Assembly (NCBI GenBank): GCA_964016885.1
Contig: OZ024743.1
Location: 284,084,001 to 284,148,000, forward strand
DNA from: Eledone cirrhosa
Lineage: Eukaryota
DNA length: 64,000 nt
Direction of reading: 5' to 3'
The notes under the pieces are model-generated. The model searched no databases, was not told the DNA's origin, and saw nothing but the letters and a program-made list of their open reading frames with translations. The translations under genes were made by a program, and so were the position numbers. Within the stretch, counting starts at the first letter, position 1. Each line of letters starts with the position of its first letter. Below, piece after piece: positions 13,431-27,924 of the stretch.

Positions 13431-15537
13431 GACTTATTTCTTACATTGACACGAAACCTGATATGATAGTTTCAGGAGGTAAATAATGAGAAAGTTGTTA
13501 TATCTTACATCATACCTAAGTCACTAACAGAGAAGTAAAATAATAACAACTGGATATGAAGAATCTGAGTTCTGTTCACCAAGAAGCTTATTTTCCATTC
13601 AATGATGTTATCAATGTATATATGTATATGTGTGTGCACGCATGCGTGCATATGAGAACGTACTCTAATTGCCTACCTCTGCAGTTCTTCAAAATATAAC
13701 TGTACACTGAAACAAACAGACATACAGACAAGCAAGAAAAGAAATAGTTATCTGTACATTTACAAGTTTACAAAAAAGAAAGAAAGAAAGAAAAAGATAA
13801 AGAATCACAGCAAGTACAGAAGATAAGGGTTCAAAACTGAGAAGTTACTAAGGTTTAGGTTGTAGGCTATATGCTAAAGAGTTTTTACATTTGGTCTAGT
13901 ACCAAAAAAAGCTGTCATCTACAGGCTGATGAGGTCACAGCATGGTGTGCAAACCCCAAAAACACACACCCATACATACATACACACACATCGAAGTATA
14001 TCGATAACATCATGGGAAGAAAGAATAGTGTTGAGAAAGCAGGATAGGAGCAGTAAGAGGAAGAAAAGTGAGGCACACAGGGAAGCTGTACATGCATAGC
14101 AAAACTATTGCACTTATGATATTGGTTTATGTTTTACTAGACACAAAAGGCAGTGTATGTGTGTGAATGGGGTGGGGATGCAACTGATAAAACCTATAGC
14201 CACTTACAGTGTATTACTGGTACCTGGATTGCTGATCACAGGGAGATAAAGAATAATAAAATGGATCTAGGTATGATTGGAACTCAGAAAGGGGAAGGAG
14301 GTTAAAACTAAATTACTCTAATTGTTTCTTAATAAATACATTTTCTAACAACACCAAGATCTTTCTTTCACATTTAAAATGTGGAAGTTATAAGGCAAAA
14401 ATGTTTTAAAGCCATAGATGAAGGATGTGTTATTTTATGATTTATTTCTTTTTAAATTTTAACTTCATAAATTCAAATATTGATTTTGTTTTAACTTTAC
14501 ATAAAAGCTTTATACTTTAGAGGAATTGAAAAATTAGGATATAATTCAATTTTTATCTCAATGCATTCTCAGTATCCATCTTCTATAAAAATGTTAAAAT
14601 TAAAAGCTTTTATATAATTTACTGGGACTAACAACAAACAGTAATCTATACTATTGCTACGCCAATGATATGAGCCTGAACATTGTGGGAGAATGCTGTC
14701 TGGCATGTAGAATCCCAGATACAAGCTGCTTCATGGTCCCAGCAGACAGAATAGAGACAGCATTACCTTAGAAGATAGTGAAGGAGACATGTTAAAATAG
14801 TCATTCCAACATGTGGGGCTCACTCGTGCATATGGCCAACTCCACCCTGGTAGCAGGGAGTAGGGAGGTGGTATGGGGAACAAGAATGCCAGAAGTCTCC
14901 ACCTCTATAATTTCAATGGCAATATTATGATGTACACAACTTACTTCATGGTGTTAGATGTGTAAGTTTAATGAATTTATATCAACTGAAAATTGAAACA
15001 AGGCTACAGTTTTGACTGGTACATACCACTTTATATATCACTTATTGTTGTGATGCTGGAGGGCTAAAAGGAACAACAAATTTGAACTCAATAATATGTG
15101 ATTTGAGAACTAGATTAAAAATATTGATTAATTTTTCTCAATAAATGGTGAAATTTTGTAGTGTGATGAATCCTGATACAATACTGATAATTATTTTATG
15201 ATACAAGTAAAATAGCTGTATCATAGAAATAGTTGAATATGAAATTTAACACTGCTCTTGTTTCAGTGCACTTAACTCTTAATCTCAATTTACCTTGCTG
15301 CAGAGAATAGGTGTCAGAATATCTGAAAATATTACATGCAGTAGGCTGGTGACTTATGACAGGAAATATTAACCTTTTATACATTTAGTCCATAAAAAAC
15401 AAAGTTAAGCACCCTGAGGCTTAGGAGATATCCTACTTTTATCAATGCCTAAAAGACAAAAATCAATCCTATCTGCTGTCTTTATGTCTCAGCCAGAAAC
15501 TGTACTACCATGATTAATTTTTTGAAATCATCATCCT

Positions 15538-15604
<67 letters not shown>

Positions 15605-17852
15605 TTATATGTGTGTAGTAATTGAATTCATTTAGAATTTAAAACAATAACACAGTTATTTTTCAGTACATTTGAAGCAAAATAGACAAATTATTTGTCA
15701 GTCAAAAGGGAATGATAGAAAACAATAGGTACTTGGAGAAAACTGGAAGAGGCATACATACACACATACAGACGTTTTTATCTCATGCAAGTGTGATAAA
15801 TTGCTTGATATTTTAAAATCAGAATTAATTATCCACCAGAATTGATGATTCTTACTGAATTCAAGTGAAGGGAAATCAAGGCTGTGGCATTCAAATCTTA
15901 TCTGTGGGTGTTAATGATGTAAGCAAACTGAAATGATCCAGTTATATGAGCAACATGAAGTTGGCTTGCTGACAGACACACAAACAGACAGACAAAATGA
16001 CAGATAGAGAATGAATATGAGTAACACAGTAGAAAGGCAAATATTGAAACACACTTTAGAATATTATACATTAAAATTTATTGAGAAAATTTATCTAAAA
16101 ATGGAAAATCTTTAAAATATCCTCAGAATAGTCTGAAATTATTTCTGTTGCTAAACTGTCAGAATTAAATAATTGTATATTAAAAGAATCTTTTTAACCA
16201 ATTATTTTTTATTCACTTTTGGTTTATTTCTTAATAGTTCAGCCTATTATGAACTGTCAAAATGTCATTGACATAATTCCACTGCGTCTCAGTATTTAAA
16301 AAAAAAAGTTTCCAAGATCTAACAAAATATTCTAAATAGAGAAATTTCAGCTGACAGCAGATGGTATGTTTTAGGAGTATTCAAATTTATTAATAATTTG
16401 TGAAAAGTCAAGTTAAGAATCAACAGTAACTCAAATTTGTGATGTAAAAATTTAACTGTTATGGGTGGCCAATGTGGTTTATTGTTGTCAGCTTCAAAAT
16501 GTTTCTGACATTCCCAACAACAGCTGTATTATTTGACAATAATGAAAAAACTAGACTGAAGAATGGCAAGGCCTGGGCAGTGCATGCTTCCTTTCCCAGT
16601 TCAAGTCAGTGGGGCTAGGCCAAAGGGACAGCAAAAAGTCAGACAACCTTCCCATTCTGCAAGGGTAGACCGTTCATCTGGGATGCTACATGCTGTGATA
16701 CCATCTCTATTGGCAACCTGGTTCATTTGACTTCCAGCCCAGGCTTCACTACCTGCCAGACCGAAAGGGGCAAACTGTCCAAGTATTGACCACTCACTTA
16801 TTGGTTTGTGGTAGAACCAGTAGCAGTGGGTAAGACAGCTGGAGGTGGAGGATACTTGTACACATATACACACATACTCAACCACTTATGCAGTAAAGTA
16901 ATACAGTTGTGTACAATTAGTTAATTTGCCTGTGATATCTTGACAAAAGTAGTGAGCTGAAGTCAAATGCTGTTTTAAAGGCTTAATCCTCAACAACCTC
17001 AAAGGCACATGACTATTCAAACAAAACTAACTGGGGGGTTCTAAATAACAGCAACACATTTCCTATTCCACATAAATACCATATGAATACATCTTTAATA
17101 AAGTGTGAAAAGATTTAAAAACAAAAATAGAATGAAATAAATTAACTTCATTTTTTTGAACTGCATGCTAAGAATCTAATAAAATATTCTGGATGTTTTG
17201 ATAATCATAAACTTAAGCCTGTATATGAGTCATTTGCAACCTTAGATTGGAATGTCTTCAATGGACATGTCATTTGATTCTGATTTTCAATATATACATA
17301 CAGTTTTGAAGATGTTTTTGTTATCTGATTAGGAGTAAAAGAGGAAGAGAAACAGCCACAAATTTGATCAAATATAGGTTAGCTAAGAAATAATGTTTTC
17401 TATCATCATATAGGTATGTTACAAAAATTATAAAGGAAATGTGAAGTTGCAATATTGAAATTTTTCTCAAGAACATTAGCAATGTAAATTAAGTAGTTTT
17501 ATCTGAAAATCAAATCATAACTATTTACCATACCACTTGTTACATATGTAAAAATAATAATTCTTTATTGTAAAAAATATAGCTAATGATAAAAGGCTAC
17601 ATTAAAAAGTTCAACTTCAAAGAGAAATAGTCACATGTCACTTCTTCCTCTATGTGGTTGTCCTTGACTTTTAATCCAAGAAACGCTGCACATAGCATGT
17701 AGCAAACATTCATATTACATGTTTAAACCAATGCTTATGATGTACATTCAACTCGTCTTCACCTGGCCTTTCTTATAAATGCACAACCACTGGAACATAT
17801 TCAGCTCATTATTCTTTAATTATAGCAGATCATCAGCAAGATGCTTTTTTAA

Positions 17853-18315
17853 CCCTTTTGGTACAGTCCTGGGTACAACATTAAACTGCATCTAGTGGCA
17901 AGACTCCAGTTCGAGAGTTCAGGTGCTGTGGGGAATGTGGAGTTACCCCTTAATTGTTATCACTGATTGGTCTGCTCTGGCCCAGAGCAGTAGTACCTGT
18001 TAGGGTCCCATTTATGGGTTAAATAATTACCTTACTGAAGTGGTGCCAGTAAGGTATTGTCAGCCATTTAAAAGAAACATGGAGAGTATATACTAAAGCA
18101 TCTCTGGATCTGTGATTTAAACTGTTCGTTTTCAAGTGTTTATATTTATCTAAAAAGCATCCATCATAATTCTATGTAAGAACCTTTGTTGAGTTCTGTT
18201 TCTAACACCAATTTAAGTTAGTTGTATTATAAATCCTTTCAAATTTTTGTATATTTTCAAAATTATTTAAAGATCATAATCAGTGTTTTTCATGAGATAT
18301 ATAGTAATGAAAGGG
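17853..18315. mobile_element. piggyBac-like non-autonomous element
   Basis: TTAA|CCCTTT ... AAAGGG|TTAA termini (TTAA TSD, short TIR); appears to contain a nested LINE 3' end near 17870-18030. Confidence 0.5.
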
Positions 18316-19248
18316 TTAAATAAAATACAGTAACTGTAACTAACATGCTAAGTTTTAATGTTTCTTAATTCCTATATTTAGTTTTAGTTTATTGGTATTA
18401 GACATTTTGAAAAGTAGGCAGTTAAATCATATCTTTTACTGATTCCAAGAAATAAATACCATTTTATTGTGCTGTCAATATCATTATTTGTAAATGAAAA
18501 ATGGTTAATAATATATTAGAATAATTATTAATGCATCTGGTGTTATTTACACATTACCGCAGAAGTTAATATATATATATATAGATATGTATGTATGTAC
18601 ACAGACGACACACATACACACATATATATATACATATATGTGTGCCATTGATAGTATGACAGTTTTGAAATTATATTTTGGTACGCTCTCATCAGATAAA
18701 ATACAAAAATTGGTTTATAGATAGTGACATATTCAGACAAGAACTTAATGTTGTGAGTTCTATTTGAATAGTGAACAAAACTTCAAACCTCAAAGATGAA
18801 TATGCTAATGAGGATAACGTTAAAACTGAAAAAGATTGTTATGTTTAGACGCTAGGTAAATTTAAATAATTATTAGGATTATTTTTTTAATAAGAAAAGG
18901 AAATAGGGTTATTATTAGGGTGGAAGAAAATTTAAGGAAAGATTTTAAGAAAAAAATATTAAAGCTACTAACAGAATATTTATAGGAATGTACGTATATA
19001 ATTGTCCGGAACGTATTTGCAAGTGTGTAGCGAGGATGAAATAATTATATTTATTTTTATTTATTTAAATATTTAATGATATATTTTGGAAGTATTTACA
19101 ATATAACATGTGAATTATAAATAAATGTGTTAAAGTGAGAGGATATTAATTCAAAATGTGAAAGGTATCTTGTATACGATTGGGCCTATTCTACTGGTGC
19201 GTTTTAATATTATGAAGATTGCTGTTATGAGTATATTTTATTATACTA

Positions 19249-20293
19249 CTAGCAGAGGTACCCGGCGTTGCTCGGATATTAAATAGCAGTTGTGTATGCC
19301 ATTTATGTCAATACTTCAGTGCTACTTCTAAAACTATACTTTTACAAAATCATTGGCTTTTTCCAAAAGAGGGTTCCTGCTCCCACTCAATATGTGCCAA
19401 TTCTGAGAGTTCACATTCATCTGTAGGACAAACGTAGCCCATGTGTCAAGTTTTGTGAAAATCGGTTGCGAACTCCAGAAGTTATGACGTTTTGTTGCAT
19501 TGCACTGCAGTTCTTCAGTCGACTCCAAGGAAGTGGTTAAAGGGGGTTATCTGCCGGGAGGCCCTATAATCAATATCTGGAAAAATGAAAGTGCCCATGA
19601 CCATCCGGAGTACATAAGTAACCTATGTCTTAAGTTTGGTGAAAATACTGTAGAAATGCATAAGGTTTATACACGCGCACGCTCGTGTGTGTGTGGGGGT
19701 ATGTATTTGTGTATGCGTATGTATGTGTATGTCCATCGGGGCATACGTATGTACTGGCCTAAATCTTCATTATTTACTTTTACTATTTTAATAACCTCTG
19801 TCATTTTCGTTTTCAATTTTATTTACATCATTCTTAAACTCCGAGGCTGGAAATCATTCTGTTATGTTAAATAGAATATTAGTTTAACGACTCCATTTAT
19901 ACCATAAACTAGGTCGTCTTTGCATGAAATTCTTCTTCTCACTCCACATAACGACATATTATCCTCGCTTTTTTTTCCGTTCATTGCCAGGGAACGTCTT
20001 CACGAACCAAAATATCGTCTTCCTGTTTTCGTTCAGTTGAAACATTTCTCGAAATATTTACTTCTGCGTTCACAGTTTACTCTCAGTTCAATTTGAATGG
20101 GAAATTCCTGTTTCATCGATTTTCTCCGTAACCATGGAAGCTTGTACCCTAAAAGTCAACCCAACGCCTCCTCAGGTCATTCTGCATAACTGTAAATTTT
20201 CGCTGTATTCCACCAAGCCGTTTCGACGTTTATCCGACTACACCTACCTACTTAAATATACAACGTCCGACCACTTCCAATTTATATAGTAGA
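19249..20293 (-). mobile_element. Non-autonomous Helitron
   Basis: A|TC...CTAG|T termini on the minus strand with a subterminal hairpin CCGAGCAACGCCGGG. Confidence 0.85.
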
Positions 20294-21629
20294 TAAGAGG
20301 TTATTTGTATATATATAAATAGTTTTGGTGAGTATACATATTATTTATTTAGTAGATAAATAATTATGGTTAGATATAGATAGCTTTATATGTTGGGCGA
20401 AGATATGTTTACATTTTCAATATATGGCTTAAGAATGTGGAAGTAATTCTATTTTAGTATAGAAGATGTATATTATTTTGTATATTCTATAGTTGTATCA
20501 AGATAGAAATAAATTTACGAAATTTTAATATTTATGTAAAGTTTAAATGTTACGTAAAGTTTAGATGTAAACATGTTTCTTTTCAAAGGAAAAGATAACT
20601 CTAATTTTTATTAGTTTACGGAGTTAAGTTATAGTTATATTTATCGTTTAGTCTCAAATTTACTTTAAAATTATATTCTAATTGTAATATGGAAAAAAAA
20701 AAAATTTATGTTAAAAAAAATGTTATGTATATATTTTGATAACATTACTTATACTTAAGTATTTGTATGTATGCATTTAAAAGACCTATAAAGTCTATTA
20801 GAAAAAATTCAACAATCATCAAAAATACCTTCAAAAACAATACCTACTATTATCAGATTTGGGGTTTGATAAATTGAAGTGTATTATAATAAAAAATTAC
20901 ACAATGAGTTATTTTAGCTATGCATAACGCCAATGTTTTGATGGGAGGAATTTAATTATTACCTGTCTTCATTAACCCCATAGAGATGAAAAGAAAAAAA
21001 ACGCAATGCTGGTAGGGTTTGAACTCAGAACAGTGAGTTGCAGAATTAACCATAGTAAAACACCCAGTTCAGCATCCCACTACCTCAGCTATGTCATGAA
21101 ATAATATATACTGCTGAACAATTAAAGGAAACAGTTTATGAAAGATTTTTTCTTATTAATGTACCAATATATCAATTTAAAATGATTAATAACGGATTTA
21201 ACAAAAGTTTGATTGAAATTCCAATATTTCTACAACAGATTCAAAGAGAAACGTTTGTGGCTGTGCTTACAAAAAGGTTTTCACTTATATGTATGTATTT
21301 ATGAATAATTGAAAGGTGAAATACAAAATACTGAATGATATTGAAGAAGATCACTAAAATATATAAAATCTTATAAAAAAATGGTCTGGTCATATATTTG
21401 ATAAGTGAAACAAGTACATAAAATTTATGTTATTTGTGTAAGAAAGAAAATATATATATCAATGCTATTTAAACGAGAATTCATATATTGATTTTGTAAT
21501 AAGCCTTAAATGACCTTAATAATTACTTTCAATATAATCAATACTTTAATATTAACTAAGAAATGGTGCATATACCTGAAAATTATCTACACACTCACAC
21601 ACATATACATACATATGTGTGTGAAAATG

Positions 21630-21950
21630 TAGACATAGCCAAAAGGTTAAGTTTGCTTCACAATCATGAAGTCCTGGGTGTGATTCCACTGTGTGCCATC
21701 TTGGGTAAGTGTCATATAGCATATTCTTTGAGTCAACAAAAGCCTTGTGAGTGAAATTAAGTAGACAGAAACTGTTTGGAAGCCCAATGGATTCATTGTA
21801 CCTGTAATTTAAAGAGTCAGCCCTGTCACACACTATTATGCTGACTCTCCTTCAGAATAATGTTAAAGGTACGTGTGTCAGTGGAATACTCAGCCATGCC
21901 ATTGATTAAACAATTGGAACACTTGTCATTAAACGTGATGGAGGTCTACT
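21630..21950 (+). mobile_element. Decayed tRNA-derived CORE-like SINE
   Basis: Degenerate tRNA head, CTTGGGTAAGTGTC core and AAAGCCTTGTGAGTG...GAAGCCC body. Confidence 0.55.
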
Positions 21951-22523
21951 TAGATATAAATATATATTATGGGGTAGTGAGCTGCACACCAAAAGTGAAA
22001 ATGTATAGAGATGACATATTAGCAGAAGGGATCAAATTTAAAACAGATTCTCTCTCATGGCATTAGTCAAGCAGACAGATAGTGTTTTTCAAGGATTTCA
22101 TGGGCAAAACTAATTTCTGGCCAGAGTTGGGTGAGTATGATTCTTAGGTTGCACAACTAGATTAAGGGACTACCAATGAAGACCACCTAACATAAGTGAG
22201 TGTGTTCTCTACTATATATATTACAAATATGCACAAACATTTCAATATATATTCCAAGAGATGTCAACATGAATGGACCTGTTATTTTTATCTAAAGACA
22301 TTTTTTCCAATTCCACCCTGCCTGTCCCTTTAATCTATCTTATTTCTCATTCTTTCTTATGATGAAGGACTAGCGTCCAAAATGTTCAGACCCTCTTCCT
22401 GCTATTTCAAGTGTTAACCTAATATATTCCTTCAATATACTGTACCAATTGTGTTGTTATTTCTGTTTACCTTTTACATACATACATACATATATATATA
22501 TATTTATTAAAATAACAGATTAA

Positions 22524-22570
22524 AGTTTAAGCAAAGAATCGCTGCTTTCACCCTTAACGGGATCTTCTGA
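22524..22570 (-). ncRNA. Hammerhead-like motif, CAGANGA-core family (5' stem I strand replaced by TA repeat)
   Basis: CAGAAGA-TCCCGTTAAGGGT-GAAA-GCAG CGATTCT TTGC-TT-AAACT. Confidence 0.5.
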
Positions 22571-22869
22571 TATATATATATATTGAAATGTAAGTTTTTA
22601 AAACTTTTTCTTTGTTGAAATGTTAAACTTCTAAGATTTCTTTGATTTTTATCAACTTTAACATGTCCTATTTGGGGAGTGTTACTCTGTAAACATATCA
22701 TTTAGGAGTTTGCTCTGAGACAAGTATTTTTTGCAACTGTTATCATAGAGAAGTTCTGCAAGCAACAAGGTTGAAATAATTGTGAAGACTTCTATGTATT
22801 TAGCATTATATCGATCTAAATCAATATATATACATATAGCATAGTCTATGCTATATCTACAACTGTAGA

Positions 22870-23330
22870 CCTCACAGTAATTGGTGATAACTGCATCAAT
22901 ATTTAGTCAACTGTCAAACACCTCAGTGTGTGTTACATGTTGCCATGTAAATCCATGCAGCAAAAACAATTATAGCATCTGTTTGCAAATCACCTCTGAA
23001 AGGCTCCTCATCATACTCAATGATGAGACTTTGGAAGAAGTCAATCAATTCAAGTGTTTTGGTATTATCTTCACTGTCACAGGCCAAGGTAAAAATGAGA
23101 TAGATATTTGCATCATCCCTAGACATGATGCATTTTGTCATCATTAAAGCCAGTTTTTGTTGATGTTGGAAAACCATCTAGCTACAAAATCTTTTGTTTA
23201 CTGAGCATGCATTTGCACCATCCTCCTGTATGGCTGTGAGAATGGTGGAAGAATTTGATCACTTTTGTGTTTACTAATCCTCTGTGTTCACACATTGAAT
23301 TTTATCAAACTCTGAAATTCGAAAACATAG
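22870..23330 (+). mobile_element. Old RTE LINE fragment
   Basis: LNDETLEEVNQFKCFG and ILLYGCE motifs, with stops. Confidence 0.65.
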
Positions 23331-24481
23331 AGGTAATATATTTTTTAATACATGGTAATTAGACATACATTTTCATAGAATACTTAGGTTTCATGATGCT
23401 AGTAAGTTGAATTCCATTATCAGAAGTAATCCACTTTTATGTACTTTCAAATGAACTGATGATTATTAATAGTTAGTACATACAATTGAAACTCCTCCAA
23501 TGATGAGATTATTCAAATAACACCAGGAAAATTAAGTATTCTATGAAAATATGTGCTTGATAATGAGTATATATAGTTTTGATCAACCAAACCAAATTAT
23601 ATTTGTATTTAGATATACTGATCTGTACATAGTTAAACCTAATGCATGAGTGCTGAACTATAAAGTTGTCTTAAGAATACAAATTAAAATTTAAAAAAAT
23701 GTGTGAATATTTAAAAGAACCAATGTCCATACTAAAATGATATGGTATATAAAGTTAAAACTAAAATTATATGGTATATAAACAAATTCAAGTATACTGA
23801 ACCTAGCTTTTCCTGTAATCTAATATGTTAGCATGCCAGCAATCAGAGTGACCATATACCATCACACATGCATACACAGACACATATATAAGCATACAGA
23901 CCAATATATGAATACACACACTCATGCATATACACACATATAAAAAAAACATACCTATTCACCTTTATGTATATAAATATATATATGCACTGGCATATAT
24001 CTATATACACTTATGAATATATATATCTCTACTTATTTTATTACAGATACATACATAAATATACACAAAGAGATTACACATTTTCAGGTATATAGACAAA
24101 TATTTGTGCACACATACATACATGTGTGCCACAGGTATAATCACTAATAAAATAATATATGAATATTATCTGCATCCCAACATATATTGTGATATTAACA
24201 CCAAACCCTGCCTCCCCTCCCCTACACACCTTAAATTAAATACTGACCACAATCATCATATTTTTTGTTCTTAATTATTCTCGGTTTTTTTCCAATCTCT
24301 TCCATTCTTGAATGGTAGAGATAGATACTTAAGCCTAACCTCACAGCTTCAATAAGCTGAAGTCACTGCCAACAATATATAATAATTATTAGAGTCTATA
24401 CATGTACAAAATTTTTTATTCAGCCAATATTCTTTGTTTCATGTATTTAAAAACATTGTATATATCTTATACTTGTTAATG

Positions 24482-24545
<64 letters not shown>

Positions 24546-25235
24546 TCACACATATAAACATGCCTGAATGTATATATGTGTGTGTGTATGTTTTTAAAAA
24601 CATTGTGGATGTACTCTTTAATTGTGTACAACAACAATATTCAGTCATGTATTAAAAAGGCACTAAAAATCCTAGAAAACACAACAAAAATCAAACAGTG
24701 GAATCCTTACAAAAAACATATACCATCCCCACTCATTTCTGCACCATTAAATACAGAATGTTAATTTTGTATGAGAGACCAATGTGAAAAGCAAAAGATA
24801 ATGTTAGGAAAAAAATTGTTTTGCTTTTGTAAAAGAACAGAATTAATTGAATTATTATGATTATTATTTTCATTATTATGATTATTATTTATTAAAAAAA
24901 AATTTAATGTAAAGAAGAAAATCCTAACTACAGCGCAAACCTCACGTTCGAAGGATGTTATATACTGGGATAAGAGTTATTAACACAGTTAGAGAGCCAA
25001 GTGAGATTTGGGTCAGTTACAGGTAAGTGATTTTGGAAGAAATGATCAGGAAGAGAGTACTTGCCGAATTATCCAGAGAGAGCTACCACAGAAAATATAG
25101 AAAAATGACTTCATGTAAATATCATCTGTCACATTGATGAAGATGACAATCGAAATAGATGTAGGATGCATGTATCAATATCAGTGCTTGTATGTGTATG
25201 TGTGTGCATATATATATACACACACATACATATAC

Positions 25236-25267
<32 letters not shown>

Positions 25268-26050
25268 CCATATATATACATATACATGTGTGTGTGTGTG
25301 TGTATATATTTTATATAATGTTTTTGGATAAAAATTAAGAATTATGGCCATTTGTGCAATGGTAAGTTTTATAAAAATGATGTAAAAGAAAGAAAATATA
25401 AGAACAAGAGTGAATTATAAAGACATAAAAAGGATGAAAATCTTTCATGAAAGAATGGAAAAAGAACAAGGAAATTGAAAGAAATATTAAAGAATAATTA
25501 AAGTCATTGTTGAACAATGATTTGTAAATTTTGAGAAGCTGTCCATTTTTTGCTGGAACTTGATATTAGTGGAGTTGAGACTCTTTTTAAGTTATCATTT
25601 TTTTTATCTAGCAGGAAAATTCAGAGGGAAAGAAAGAGCTGAAGTGAAAAGAAATAGCAGAAATGAACAAATTTATATCTTAAGAGAAAAGCTGTGAAAT
25701 AAAGAAGCAAATTAAAAAGAAGAAAACATACATACAAAACAAACAAAAACAAAACAAAATAACAAATAAACATAGAAAGAGATATATGTTTTAGTATATT
25801 TGATTGTGTATGTACTGTGTGCAATGAAAGTGTTTTTATTTCTCTTGGTATTGTTATATATGTTTGTACCTCTGAGAGAGAATGCATATATATGCATATA
25901 AGGTTGCACATATATAGAAACATGTTTCTATACATGTATGAGTGCAGCATTTAATGCATACATGTGTGTGCTCACATGTATATGTGAAATACACACATGC
26001 TCCTGAATACAATGCTTGTTTGTCAGTGTGTGTATGTCTGTTTGTCAGTG

Positions 26051-26087
<37 letters not shown>

Positions 26088-27088
26088 CATTTTAAAAGCA
26101 AAGTTTGTAAAAGAGGAATAGTGAACAAAACAGAAAAAAAAAGAAAGAAAATACACAAGATATAGAAAAAAAAGTAAACGTTTTCATATGAGAGCAGTGG
26201 ATAGTGGAATTGCTGGAGTGCTGGACATTATACATTGCTGTGACAATGTCATTGCCCACTGGCTAGAACCAGTAAAAGAGTGAAAAGAATAAATTAGAAA
26301 TTAAAAAAAAAAAATAAAACAAAGAATCTGAAAAATATAAGCAACAAAAGAAATTAAAAAAAGCCAAGCAAAGAAAAAAAAGAAAGAAAAAAGAAAAGAA
26401 AAGAGCTGTATGAAGAAGGATGGAAAGGTTGTTGGTGAAATGGTTAAACAAAGATACAACTATTGAAGAATATTTGAGAGAAAACAGAAAGTTGAAGCAA
26501 GAAAAATAATTGTTTCTGACATAGGCATAAGGTAATTTATTTCAGAGGAAGTACATTATTTTATCGACATCAGAAGGATGAAAGACAAAGTTGATTTTGA
26601 TAGAATTTGAACTCAGAAAAGAGCTAAAACAAATACCACATGGTATTTTTGCAATGCTCTAACAATTCTGTTAATCCACCACCCCTTATGCAAGAAAAAT
26701 ATAAAATAAATTTGAATGATTGAGTTTAAGTTAGAAAAGTGCACCTGAACACTATACACAATAATTATTATTATTATTATCAAGATCATTATCATAATGA
26801 TGGATGGCAGAATTGATAAAGTGTCAGACTAAATGTTTTGCGGTGTTTAGTTATGTCTCTTTGAATACTGAATTTAAATTACCCCTAGCTCAACTTTGCC
26901 TTTCACCCACTCTAGGGTTTAGAGAAAACAGGACGAGTGTACTAGAGTGATAGACACAATACTTTGCTCTATTTAGTTATACCGCTTTACATTCTGAGAT
27001 TTAATATTTATCAAAATGACAGAGATGAGCATAATAAGCAGAATGGTCATGAAGTTAAGTGCTGAACTACTAATTTATGGTAAAATGG

Positions 27089-27181
<93 letters not shown>

Positions 27182-27882
27182 TACAAGTTTGTAATACTTC
27201 TATTTTCGATATATATATATAAAAATATAAACATCAATATTCTACCCAATTAAGGTAGGACTTATAACCTTATTAGAACTCAGTGTAGTGTAGATATGAA
27301 TATCTCATTGAAGCAAAGTGAAATTTGTTTTTGTGGAAAAGAACCATCTTATTACATGTCACTGAGTATTCAAAAACTACAAAGTCAGATATATAAGGTT
27401 GAACAATGAAAAGAAATAAGACAAGATTTAATACTTAATTCATCCATTGTTTTACAATCGTTTCAAAAGCCAAAATAAATTAATTGTTATCAATAATCAA
27501 TATATCGATACTATCGTATTTTGCTCTTTGAAATGATTGTAAAACAATGGATTAATTAAATGATAAACCTTGTCTTATTTGTTTCCATTGTTCTATATAT
27601 ATATATACAATTGTCCTGGTATTCGTGGGGGTTATGTTCCTAGAGCACCCGTGAAGAGTGAAAAACTGCAAATATTGGACATAATCCTTAAAAATGCCTA
27701 TAAACATCAAAACATAGCATAAAATATAGGCCAGCAAATATGGTATATTGTTATTAATAATTTAGTGTTAAAAAATCGTGGAAGATATTTACGATTACGC
27801 AAATATGCGGTGGTTTCCACGAACAATTATTAGTTAGATTCTAAGGAAAATTCCATGAATAACCGGGACTGAAAATGCCAGG

Positions 27883-27924
<42 letters not shown>

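Noticed and set aside
27606-27885. Possible Tc1/Tigger-like MITE
   Set aside because: Terminal inverted repeats too degenerate to support a call.
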